64,000 nt of DNA, taken from the NCBI GenBank assembly GCA_039714915.1, contig JBDLIM010000006.1, positions 7,230 through 71,229 on the forward strand, given 5' to 3'. The notes below the pieces were generated by a model that was not told where the DNA came from, searched no databases, and saw only the letters and a list, made by a program, of their open reading frames with translations. Shown piece after piece: positions 51,400 through 60,035 of this stretch. The DNA is from Bacteroidota bacterium (lineage in GTDB: Bacteria; Bacteroidota; Bacteroidia; Bacteroidales; GCA-2748055). The translations under genes and the position numbers were made by a program. Each line of letters starts with the position of its first letter. The stretch's first letter is position 1.

Positions 51400-52152
51400 A
51401 TGAAAAAAAAATATCTCAACACAAGCCTTATTCTGCTTGCTTTCTCCCTGCTGACAACTTCACTGTTTGCCCAGGAAGTGGATCATGTATACCTGAAATC
51501 CGGCACGGTGCTCAGGGGAAATATCCTTGAAATTGAGCCGGCCGACCATGTGAAAATAGAAGATCTGTGCGGGAATATCTGGTATTATAAAATGTCTGAT
51601 GTGGATAAGATCACTTCGGAGCCTTACCTGCAGGGGGAAAAGGTGAAAAATGCCCACATCGGTTTTAAACAGGGATTTGTAAATATGACCTCCATTGGAT
51701 TCCTGGCGGGATCATCCTCAAATCCACAGATGGCACCCTTCAGCCTGGTGATGGTCAACGGCTGGCGCAGTGAACTGGGATTTTTTGCCGGAGCAGGCCT
51801 GGGCATTGAGTTTCTCTCTACTAATTACATGCCCTTTTTCCTGGATCTCCGCTACGATCTCTTTGGAAGCGATGTGGTTCCCTACGTGGTGGCCAAGGGG
51901 GGCTATTCAGTTCCACTTTCATCCGATCATCCAGAATATGATATTGCATACGAGTATTCCGGCGGTCCCTTGTTTGGAGCGGGAGTAGGACTAAAGATCA
52001 AAACCAGGAATCATTTTGCCTGGGACATCGCACTGCTGTACCGTTACCAGGAGACTGGCTACAAAGAAGTATACGACTGGAATAACCAGACCTATGATTA
52101 CACCGATGTATACAATCGCATTGAAATACGCTTAGGATTTTATATCGACTAA
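51400..52152 (+). CDS. Hypothetical secreted protein, probable small outer-membrane beta-barrel
   Basis: 250-aa ORF with signal peptide. The C-terminal half is Gly/aromatic-rich with alternating pattern ending ...IRLGFYID. No family motif recognised. Confidence 0.4.
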   Translation: MKKKYLNTSLILLAFSLLTTSLFAQEVDHVYLKSGTVLRGNILEIEPADHVKIEDLCGNIWYYKMSDVDKITSEPYLQGEKVKNAHIGFKQGFVNMTSIGFLAGSSSNPQMAPFSLVMVNGWRSELGFFAGAGLGIEFLSTNYMPFFLDLRYDLFGSDVVPYVVAKGGYSVPLSSDHPEYDIAYEYSGGPLFGAGVGLKIKTRNHFAWDIALLYRYQETGYKEVYDWNNQTYDYTDVYNRIEIRLGFYID

Positions 52153-52179
52153 TCTGGCAATTAGATTAGGTTTTCCTCC

Positions 52180-52216
52180 CGGCCCGCCTTGGCATTGTCA
52201 ATGGTGGGCCGTTTTT
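52180..52216 (+). terminator. Intrinsic terminator of the 51400-52152 gene
   Basis: CGGCCCGCC...GGUGGGCCG 9-bp stem (one G.U that is valid only on the plus strand) followed by T5. Confidence 0.7.
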
Positions 52217-53507
52217 ATTTCTTGCTGAATCTCAATACCATGTACCCGGCCACACCCGCAATCAAGGATCCCAGGAGGATTCCCACTTTTGCTGAATCGA
52301 GCAGGTGTGCATTGCCATAGAAAGCCAGGTTGGCCACGAAAATAGACATGGTGAAGCCCACACCTGCAAGCAGGGATATTCCAACGACCTGCATGTAATT
52401 TACTTCAGCCGGCAGCTCAGCCAATCCCAGTTTTACCCCAATCCAGGAGAAGCAGGTTACACCCACCAGCTTCCCGGCCACCAGTGAAATCACTATGATG
52501 CCGCTGAGCATGCTGTCCAGTTCCATATCACCACTGAGGACTACCCCTGCATTGGAAAGGGCAAACAGGGGCATGATCAGGTAGGCCACCCAGTTATGCA
52601 GTTTATGCTCAAGGTGCTGGAGGGGAGATTGAACCTGCTCTGTCCAGTCCTCCAGGTTATCGATTTCTTCAATTTGCTTCTTAGAAAGGAGTGGTGCTTT
52701 CGGATCATTAACTTCGCAGATTGTATCTACGATCTGCCTTAATTTTTCTGTATAGGTTTTTACCCTGATCTTTTGCCTGATGGGAACGGAAAGGGCCAGC
52801 AAAACACCTGCAATGGTTGGATGAATACCAGCTTTTAAAAACAGGTACCAGATCACAATGCCAAAGACAAGAATCAGGCCCCTGGTATAGATCCTCCTGT
52901 AGGAAAGAAAAAACAGGATCGCCAGCATGACCAGGGAAATCAGGATCAGGGACCACTTAATACTTTCACTGTAGAATACCGCGATAATCAGGACTGCACC
53001 CAGGTCATCCACAATGGCAAAGGCCGTAAGAAAGACCTTCAGGCCCAGGGGGACCCTGTTGCCCAGTAGCCTCAGAATGGCCAGGGAGAAAGCAATATCT
53101 GTAGCCATGGGTATTCCCCATGCTCCGGATGTTTCAGGATTCCGGTTCAGGATAAGGAATACTGCCACCGGTATTGCCATCCCGCCAATGGCAGCAAAAA
53201 GAGGGAAGGAAGCCTTTTTAAACGAATTGAGTTCTCCGATAAGCATTTCCCGCTTAATCTCCAGCCCGATCAGGAAAAAGAAGATGGCCATCAGTCCATC
53301 ATTGATCCATAATATCAGAGGTTTAATCAGTTCAAACCCGGAAGTGCTGATTCCAAATTTAAATTGCCATAAAGCCTGAAACCTCTCCCCAAAAGCAGAG
53401 TTTGCCAGGATCAATGCAATCACGGTGGCTCCGAACAGGAGCATGCCGCTTAAACTCTCAATACGTACAAATTTCTGAAAGGGTGAAAGCAGTGTTTTCT
53501 TGACCAT
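52215..53507 (-). CDS. nhaA: Na+/H+ antiporter NhaA
   Basis: 430-aa polytopic ORF. WINDGLM..FF...GLE.K.E and the AIVDDLGA motif (the DD pair) are typical of NhaA. Confidence 0.9.
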   Translation of the reverse strand: MVKKTLLSPFQKFVRIESLSGMLLFGATVIALILANSAFGERFQALWQFKFGISTSGFELIKPLILWINDGLMAIFFFLIGLEIKREMLIGELNSFKKASFPLFAAIGGMAIPVAVFLILNRNPETSGAWGIPMATDIAFSLAILRLLGNRVPLGLKVFLTAFAIVDDLGAVLIIAVFYSESIKWSLILISLVMLAILFFLSYRRIYTRGLILVFGIVIWYLFLKAGIHPTIAGVLLALSVPIRQKIRVKTYTEKLRQIVDTICEVNDPKAPLLSKKQIEEIDNLEDWTEQVQSPLQHLEHKLHNWVAYLIMPLFALSNAGVVLSGDMELDSMLSGIIVISLVAGKLVGVTCFSWIGVKLGLAELPAEVNYMQVVGISLLAGVGFTMSIFVANLAFYGNAHLLDSAKVGILLGSLIAGVAGYMVLRFSKK

Positions 53508-53575
53508 AATCGTAAGCGTAATTACATGATTGATTTAATCAAGTTAGTTATTTCTTCCGAATTCATGGTCTGAGT

Positions 53576-55114
53576 TTAAGCCGGAAGTGTGTAATGGATG
53601 CCTGCATCGGGTCCCAGGGGTATTCCAAGCAGAAGCCACGCCACCAGTAAAAGGATCCATACCAGCAGGAAGGCCATGGAATAGGGGATCATGGTAGCAA
53701 TGATGGTGCCGATGCCAGCTTTGGGATCGTATTTCTGAATAAATGCAATGATCAGGGCAAAGAAGCTCATCATGGGCGAGATCACATTGGTTACACTGTC
53801 ACCGATCCGGTACACAACCTGGGAAAGCTCCGGTGAGTACCCCATGATCATAAACATGGGAATGAAGATAGGGGCAAGGATGGCCCATTTGGCCGAGGCA
53901 CTTCCCATGAGCATATTGATGGTGGCTGCCAGAAGAATAAAGAGGATCATCAAAGGAATAAGCCCGATGTCGGCCGACATCAGCAGCCCTGCACCCTTAA
54001 CGGCCATAATGATGCCCAGGTTGCTCCATTTGAAATAGGCCACAAACTGGGCCGCAAAAAAGACAAGCACCAGGTAGGTAGCCAGGGTTTTCATGGACTT
54101 GGCCATGCCATCAATCACATCTGCATCATTTCTAAAGGAACCTGTGGTGAAACCGTAAGCCAGGCCCATGCCCCCGGCTGTAATAAATAGCATGGCCACC
54201 ACTCCCTTAATCAGAGGGGAGCTCAGAAATTCCCCATCCGCTCCCCTGAAGAAACCATTCTCCGGAATAATGCCAATGAGGGTGATGATCAGGATGACCA
54301 GAAAGGTAATCAGGGCCATCAGCAGGCCTTTTTTCTCCCTGTCAGATATGGAATCGAAAGAATGATCCTTCTCTGTTTCATTGCCCTGATAGCTTCCCAG
54401 CCTGGGTTCCACAATGCGCTCAGAGACAAATGTCCCTGTAAAGGCAATGATAAAGGTGGAGATCACCATAAAAAAATAATTGGCAGTGGGATTCACCTCA
54501 TAGGATGGATCCAGGATCTGGGCGGCTTCGGTGGAGAGGCCAGCAAGCAGCGGATCCACCGTTCCCAGGACCAGGTTAGCGCTGAAACCACCCGACACAC
54601 CTGCAAAGGCAGCAGCCATACCAGCTACCGGATGCCTGCCAACCGCCAGGAAGATCACTCCGGCCAGGGGTATCAGTAAGACATAACCCACATCCGAAGC
54701 CACATTGGAGATGATCCCGGTAAATACAACGACAAAGGTGAGCAGTTTGCCCGGAGCATTCAGCACCAGCAACCTGATGACGGCGTGAATCAGGCCGCTC
54801 TGCTCAGCGATCCCGATCCCCAGCATGGCCACCAGCACAATCCCCAGGGGAGCAAAGCCGGTGAAATTATCTACCATTTCAAGAAGGATCCTGTGGATAC
54901 CGTGTTGAGACAGCAGGTTTACGGAACGGACAATTTCTTTGGTACCCGGGTGGATCACCTCCCATCCAAGAACATGACCGAGGGCAGATAACAGCAAGGC
55001 TGCCAGGGCGAAAAGGGCAAAGAGAGTGGCAGGATGGGGCAGGGCATTGCCCACCCGCTCGGTCCAGTTCAGTATCTTTTGTAATATGCCCGTTTTTGTC
55101 TCAGATTTACCCAT
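53576..55114 (-). CDS. AbgT-family transporter (p-aminobenzoyl-glutamate/antimetabolite efflux family)
   Basis: Polytopic ~512-aa protein. Start placed at ATG 55114 (MGKSETK...), not the GTG at 55129. The N-terminal ...LNW.ER.GN.LPHP... is typical of AbgT. Confidence 0.8.
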   Translation of the reverse strand: MGKSETKTGILQKILNWTERVGNALPHPATLFALFALAALLLSALGHVLGWEVIHPGTKEIVRSVNLLSQHGIHRILLEMVDNFTGFAPLGIVLVAMLGIGIAEQSGLIHAVIRLLVLNAPGKLLTFVVVFTGIISNVASDVGYVLLIPLAGVIFLAVGRHPVAGMAAAFAGVSGGFSANLVLGTVDPLLAGLSTEAAQILDPSYEVNPTANYFFMVISTFIIAFTGTFVSERIVEPRLGSYQGNETEKDHSFDSISDREKKGLLMALITFLVILIITLIGIIPENGFFRGADGEFLSSPLIKGVVAMLFITAGGMGLAYGFTTGSFRNDADVIDGMAKSMKTLATYLVLVFFAAQFVAYFKWSNLGIIMAVKGAGLLMSADIGLIPLMILFILLAATINMLMGSASAKWAILAPIFIPMFMIMGYSPELSQVVYRIGDSVTNVISPMMSFFALIIAFIQKYDPKAGIGTIIATMIPYSMAFLLVWILLLVAWLLLGIPLGPDAGIHYTLPA

Positions 55115-55235
55115 AGCGCCTGTTCTCACGAAATATTAATTCGTGAAAATAGGATTTTTAATCAAACTTGAGCTAAAACCAGTTCAAACCTATAAGCATT
55201 ATCGTTCACGCATTGATCTAATTGACCTGTAGATC

Positions 55236-55266
55236 TTTCATTCCAGGAAAAATAATCCTAGTTTTG
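55236..55266 (+). promoter_or_regulatory. GH3 gene promoter (-33-like TTTC, 19-nt spacer, -7 TAGTTTTG)
   Basis: Exact -7 box at 55259-55266, 22 nt upstream of ATG 55288. It lies inside the TTG-extended ORF and argues against that extension. Confidence 0.55.
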
Positions 55267-55287
55267 TCACCTGAAAAAAAGCTCATT

Positions 55288-57249
55288 ATGAAGAAAGCCC
55301 TGAAGATTTTCGGAATCGGTATTGCATCTATCCTTGTACTTATTTTTGTCTTATTTGCAGGTATATCTTTTAGCAAGGCAAGCCAGGCTAAAAAGCTCTA
55401 TGCTCAACTGGGAGAAGAAGCCCCGGTACTCACTGTTGACAACAGGAATTTCAGGGACCTGAACAAAAACGGGGCTTTGGATATCTATGAAGACAGCCGC
55501 GCTGCCATGGAAGAGCGGGTAGAGGATTTGCTGGGCCAGATGACCCTGGAGGAAAAGGCCGGTACCATGTTTGTGTCCATGATTGGTATGTCAGCGAAAG
55601 GGGATCCATATGATAAGCCTAAACTTTCCACCAATCCATTAGACATTCTGCTGGCCATCATGGTTCCTCCTGCCTCAGATTTGCTCGTAAACAAGAAGCT
55701 CAACAGCTTTAATATTCTGAATGCCTATAATCCGGATATCCTGGCACGCTTTAATAACAATATCCAGAAAATTGCTGAACGCATGCGATTGGGAATCCCC
55801 GTTACCATTGCCACCGATCCCAGGCACGGGGCAGAGAACAATCCGGGTGCTGCAATTTTCACCCCTACCTTTTCCCAATGGCCTAATCAACTGGGACTGG
55901 CGGCAACCAGGGATACCAATCTTGTCAGGGAATTCGGGGATATTGCCAGACAGGAATACCGCTCGGTGGGCATTACCCTGGCCCTGCATCCCATGGCCGA
56001 CCTGGCCACCGAACCTCGCTGGGCACGCAACAACGGGACTTTTGGAGAAGATGCAGCACTTTCTGCAATCATGACCAGAGCCTATATACTTGGATTTCAG
56101 GGCGACACGCTAAACCATAAGGGTGTGGCCTGTATGAGTAAACATTTCTCGGGAGGAGGGCCACAGCTGAACGGAGAGGATCCGCATTTTTCCTATGGCA
56201 AAGAGCAGGCCTACCCGGGAGATAATTTTGATTATCACCTGATCCCGTTTACCCAGGGAGCTTTTGCAGCCCGCACTGCACAGATCATGCCATATTATGG
56301 GATTCCTGTGGGACAGACCGGAGAGGATGTGGCTTTTGCCTTTAATAAAGAGATTATTACGGATCTTCTTCGGGACTCCCTTGGATTTGAAGGAGTGGTC
56401 TGTACTGACTGGGGTATTATTTCGGACAGTAAGATGGGTGAAGCCCGCGCCTGGGGCGTGGAGGATTTGTCTCTCAAAATGCGCATTAAGAAAGTCATTG
56501 ATGCAGGTTGTGACCAGTTTGGAGGTGAATTTGTTCCCGGATTGCTTGTTGATCTGGTGGAGGCCGGAGAGTTGACCGAGGACCGGATCGATCAATCGGT
56601 CAGAAGGATCCTGAGGGATAAGTTCCGCCTGGGACTGTTCGACAATCCCTTTGTGAACGAATCTGAGGCACTGGAAATTGCAGGGAATGCAGATTTTATG
56701 GAGAAAGGCAAGGAGGCTCAGGCCAGATCCATGGTGGTACTGAAAAACGAGAAGCTGCTACCCCTTCAGAAAGGCATAAGGATCTATACCGAAGGTGTTA
56801 AAAATGAGTCTGCCTTTGATGGCTTTGCCGAACTGGTAAAAGACCCGGCCGAGGCAGATGTGATTATCAAACGGATCACCACCCCCTGGAGCCCTCCGAA
56901 AGGGAACAGCTTCCTGGAAAAGTTTTTTCGTGGCGGCAGGCTCTGGTACAATGAAGAGGAGCTGGCCGCCATAAGAGAACTGGCCGATCAGAAACCCCTG
57001 GTTGTGATAGCACATCTGGAACGTCCCTCCGTACTTACAGAAGTAAGTGAAATGTGTGGATCATTGCTGGCCGATTTCGCTACTTCCGATGAGGTGGTAA
57101 TTGAAGTGTTATTTGGGGCCAGAATTCCCGCTGGAAAACTTCCTTTTGAATTGCCCTCCAGTAAGGAAGCCGTGGAAAAACAGCTTGAGGATCTTCCCTA
57201 TGATTCAGAGGATCCCCTGTACGAATTTGGATACGGACTGTCCTACTAA
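55288..57249 (+). CDS. Glycoside hydrolase family 3 (beta-glucosidase-like), membrane-anchored or secreted
   Basis: Start at MKKALKIFGIG... (signal/anchor). GH3 N-terminal barrel (KHF.GGG), the nucleophile region (GFEGVVCTDWG) and a C-terminal alpha/beta sandwich. Confidence 0.88.
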   Translation: MKKALKIFGIGIASILVLIFVLFAGISFSKASQAKKLYAQLGEEAPVLTVDNRNFRDLNKNGALDIYEDSRAAMEERVEDLLGQMTLEEKAGTMFVSMIGMSAKGDPYDKPKLSTNPLDILLAIMVPPASDLLVNKKLNSFNILNAYNPDILARFNNNIQKIAERMRLGIPVTIATDPRHGAENNPGAAIFTPTFSQWPNQLGLAATRDTNLVREFGDIARQEYRSVGITLALHPMADLATEPRWARNNGTFGEDAALSAIMTRAYILGFQGDTLNHKGVACMSKHFSGGGPQLNGEDPHFSYGKEQAYPGDNFDYHLIPFTQGAFAARTAQIMPYYGIPVGQTGEDVAFAFNKEIITDLLRDSLGFEGVVCTDWGIISDSKMGEARAWGVEDLSLKMRIKKVIDAGCDQFGGEFVPGLLVDLVEAGELTEDRIDQSVRRILRDKFRLGLFDNPFVNESEALEIAGNADFMEKGKEAQARSMVVLKNEKLLPLQKGIRIYTEGVKNESAFDGFAELVKDPAEADVIIKRITTPWSPPKGNSFLEKFFRGGRLWYNEEELAAIRELADQKPLVVIAHLERPSVLTEVSEMCGSLLADFATSDEVVIEVLFGARIPAGKLPFELPSSKEAVEKQLEDLPYDSEDPLYEFGYGLSY

Positions 57250-57938
57250 TCGGTCTTTCGCAGCTGCATCAGTTCTTTGCCATCCTCATCGAAGAGCTGC
57301 AGTTTCAAATTCTCTACTTTGTAGCTTATTACCTCGGGAAGAGTTCGGTTAAACTCATCCGCAAGTTCCATATCGGGGCACATCTTCCTGGTTCCTGCCC
57401 CTATACCAAATCTGAGGGTGCTTTCATTTAGCTCAATAATCCCTCCAAAGTAGTTATTGCAACCGTCTGTTCCGTTATACTTCATCTCTCCCACACGGAT
57501 TTCCAGCCGGGGTCTCTCTAAGTACTCACTGTCAGCACCATGTTTGATGGTTTTTCCATTCAGGCTTTCAAGTACCCATATATCATTTAACACCAGTCTT
57601 TTATCCCTCTCCTTTTGAAGGGCTTTTACCAGGGTATAGGCAATGGATGAAGCATCGGCGGGGATCTGGGCTTCATCCAGTTCCTCTTCTTTAACAAGGA
57701 GCTTATATATATAGCCGGGTTCAAATTCGAAACCTTCAATGGAGGCATGGAAGAACTTCCATTCGGTGGGATCCAGGATATCCCCTTTGTAAACCTGGAG
57801 GCAATGAGTGGGGGCTACCCCCACACAGGGAACTTTCAGACTGTTCACCCAATAAATATATTCATCCGGGCCCGGTTTACTCGTACAGGCGGCTGTGACC
57901 AGCAAAAAGGTCAAGACTACAAGAAGTAACTGTTTCAT
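57246..57938 (-). CDS. Lipoprotein with DUF4377-like and META (HslJ-like) domains
   Basis: Start at MKQLLLVVLTFLLVTAAC (lipobox). The C-terminal half carries the META pattern (W.L..LNG......RP.L......GTDGCNNY.G......L.F......T.K.C). Confidence 0.7.
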   Translation of the reverse strand: MKQLLLVVLTFLLVTAACTSKPGPDEYIYWVNSLKVPCVGVAPTHCLQVYKGDILDPTEWKFFHASIEGFEFEPGYIYKLLVKEEELDEAQIPADASSIAYTLVKALQKERDKRLVLNDIWVLESLNGKTIKHGADSEYLERPRLEIRVGEMKYNGTDGCNNYFGGIIELNESTLRFGIGAGTRKMCPDMELADEFNRTLPEVISYKVENLKLQLFDEDGKELMQLRKTD

Positions 57939-57945
57939 AAATTTT

Positions 57946-58410
57946 TTATTTGAACTGGTAAAGAAATACAATAACACCTTTAAAAGCATGCTTTTTACTG
58001 TCCTTTATCTCAAGTACTACTTCAACTTCAGCCTTGGCAGTTCCTCTCAGGTTGGTCAGGGCTTTAAGGCTTGCTACGATCCGAACCTCGCTGTCCACAA
58101 CCACAGGCTGACCAAACTTCAGGCTCTCAATCCCGTAATTGACAAGCATGCTAATGTTGTTCACCTTGATAATCTGGTACCAGAGGTAGGGGAGTACGGA
58201 TACACTCAGGTAGCCGTGCGCAATGGTAGCTCCGTAAGGGCTCTCGGTTTTTGCTCTTTCTGTATCCACATGAATCCACTGGTAATCCAGCGTGGCATCT
58301 GCAAACTTGTTGATCTGTTCCTGGGTGATCTTATGATAATCAGATATACCCAATACTTTTCCTACATGTTGTTCAAACTCAGCGTAACTTTTAATAATCA
58401 ATTGTCCCAT
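57946..58410 (-). CDS. MaoC-like (R)-specific enoyl-CoA hydratase/dehydratase
   Basis: 154-aa hot-dog fold ORF. ...F...TLD.QWIH.D.ERA......G..IAHG is the MaoC dehydratase signature. Confidence 0.8.
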   Translation of the reverse strand: MGQLIIKSYAEFEQHVGKVLGISDYHKITQEQINKFADATLDYQWIHVDTERAKTESPYGATIAHGYLSVSVLPYLWYQIIKVNNISMLVNYGIESLKFGQPVVVDSEVRIVASLKALTNLRGTAKAEVEVVLEIKDSKKHAFKGVIVFLYQFK

Positions 58411-58446
58411 GGTACTGTTCAGGTTAAGGTTATTTATTTTCGTTAA

Positions 58447-60030
58447 TCATATCAGTTCTAAGGTGAGCCATTGCACCCTGGGCTCCGGCTCCGGGGAAAG
58501 GGTGAAATACACCCGGATATTCGCCTGGTCTCCATACATAACAAATGAGCCCCGCATCTGGTTCTCTGCTTTGATTGGCCCGGAATGACTGATCGTTCCG
58601 GCAGCATCCAGCAGGCGCCGGGCTTCCTGCATCCGTCTCTCCCGACTCAGGTCCGGGTACAGGTTGGCGGCTACAATTTCCTTTTCCAGCTCAGGGTCCC
58701 ACTCTTGTATCAGCCGGATCACCTGTTCTTTTCTTTCCCGGAGAATTTCCGAAACAGGCAGTTCCCGGGCCCGGAAGAGTCCCTCGTTAATAAGTATTTT
58801 CATAACCCGGTAGTTGGCAGATCGTAGGTTACCCCCTGTATAGGTCAGGTTGCTGAAGGCCATGATCCCGATGCCATAATCCGGGTAGAACATATAAGAG
58901 CTCCCAAAGCCTGGCAGCCCCCCATTGTGACCTACTTCCAGGACTCCTTCATGGTCCTTCATGGCCACAAGGCCATATCCATACCCCCTCATTATAGGAA
59001 GCTCTGCAGGGCCGAACCGGTCCGGATCAGTCCAGTAGCGCGGATGATTCATCTGGTGCATTTCCCTCAGGGTACTTCGTTTCACGGGTCCCCCTTCCGG
59101 ATCGTTTCTGGGAGGCCAGGCCTGCAGGTGAAAGCTCACATACCTGCTGAAGTCCTCGATCGAAGTTATAAGTCCGCCCATGGCACCGAAGGCTCCGTCG
59201 TGCAGCAGGGCTTCATCTTTCCACTGTTGATCCTCCCTGCGGTATCCCAAGGCCAGGAGTTCATCAGCTGCCTCAGTGTATTCCCAGATGGTGTGAGTCA
59301 TACCCAGGGGAACCAGGATTTCCTTGCTGATATATTCCTGGTAGGAAAGGCCCGAAATCCGACCGATGATTTGCCCGAGCAGCCCGTAACCCAGGTTGCT
59401 GTATTCGTAATGCAGCGAAGGAATATTGGAAAAGGATATGCCCCTCTTCACCAGGTTCATCAGTTCCTCATCTGTAAAATCCAGGAAGCGGTCCCCCCAG
59501 GGATTGTCCTCCGGGAAGCCGGCGGTCATGGTCAGCAGGTTCCGGATACTCACCGGTGTGGCATCCCTGCTCAGATAAACCAGTTCTTCCAGTTCCGGAA
59601 GGATAAGGGATACCGGATCCTCCAGGAGCAGTTTCCCTTCATCCCTAAGCTTCAGTATGGCCATGGCCGTAAAACTCTTGCTCATGGAAGCAATCCTGAA
59701 AAGGGATCTGCTACTTACCGGCTCTCCCGATTCACTGTTTATGATCCCCGTACCTCCGGAGAAAACAAGCTGCCCGTTTACCACGAGCCCGTAAGCCACA
59801 CCGGGAAGGTGATTGTCTTCAACACTTTCACGGTAGATACGATGGGCATCCTCCAGGACCGCGCTAATCTTCGCAGCCCGGTCCGGGTCCGGTAAAACCG
59901 AAGGCAGGTAGGTTTCAGCAACTTCAAAGAATTGTTCCGCATGTTCAGGAGGATCAGCTTCCGGTGATTTGCAGGCGGGAAGCAAGAGGAGCAGAACGCT
60001 AAGTGACCATGTATAAGTTCTCATCTGCAA
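58447..60030 (-). CDS. Serine hydrolase of the beta-lactamase/PBP (class C-like) family
   Basis: 527-aa ORF with signal/lipoprotein N-terminus. SxxK (SMSK), YxN (YSN) and HNGG motifs, plus a C-terminal extra domain. Confidence 0.8.
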   Translation of the reverse strand: MQMRTYTWSLSVLLLLLPACKSPEADPPEHAEQFFEVAETYLPSVLPDPDRAAKISAVLEDAHRIYRESVEDNHLPGVAYGLVVNGQLVFSGGTGIINSESGEPVSSRSLFRIASMSKSFTAMAILKLRDEGKLLLEDPVSLILPELEELVYLSRDATPVSIRNLLTMTAGFPEDNPWGDRFLDFTDEELMNLVKRGISFSNIPSLHYEYSNLGYGLLGQIIGRISGLSYQEYISKEILVPLGMTHTIWEYTEAADELLALGYRREDQQWKDEALLHDGAFGAMGGLITSIEDFSRYVSFHLQAWPPRNDPEGGPVKRSTLREMHQMNHPRYWTDPDRFGPAELPIMRGYGYGLVAMKDHEGVLEVGHNGGLPGFGSSYMFYPDYGIGIMAFSNLTYTGGNLRSANYRVMKILINEGLFRARELPVSEILRERKEQVIRLIQEWDPELEKEIVAANLYPDLSRERRMQEARRLLDAAGTISHSGPIKAENQMRGSFVMYGDQANIRVYFTLSPEPEPRVQWLTLELI

Positions 60031-60035
60031 GGCCT

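Noticed and set aside
53508-53575. Possible fluoride or other riboswitch upstream of nhaA
   Set aside because: No crcB-motif-like conserved segments or stable stems are visible in the 68-nt spacer.
55222-55287. TTG-initiated 22-codon extension of the GH3 ORF; also the GTG extension of abgT at 55115-55129
   Set aside because: A consensus promoter (55236-55266) lies inside the GH3 extension, and the ATG at 55288 starts a typical MKK signal/anchor. For abgT the ATG at 55114 is preferred over the upstream GTG.
58927-59895. 322-aa plus-strand ORF. Similar long antisense ORFs occur at 19061-19717, 50285-50914, 8920-9444 and 34849-35385.
   Set aside because: All lie fully inside, and antisense to, genes with clear family motifs (beta-lactamase-like hydrolase, amidase, LVIVD protein, epimerase, ligA). 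Their Pro/Arg/Gly/His-rich translations have no recognisable domains and are read as frame shadows.
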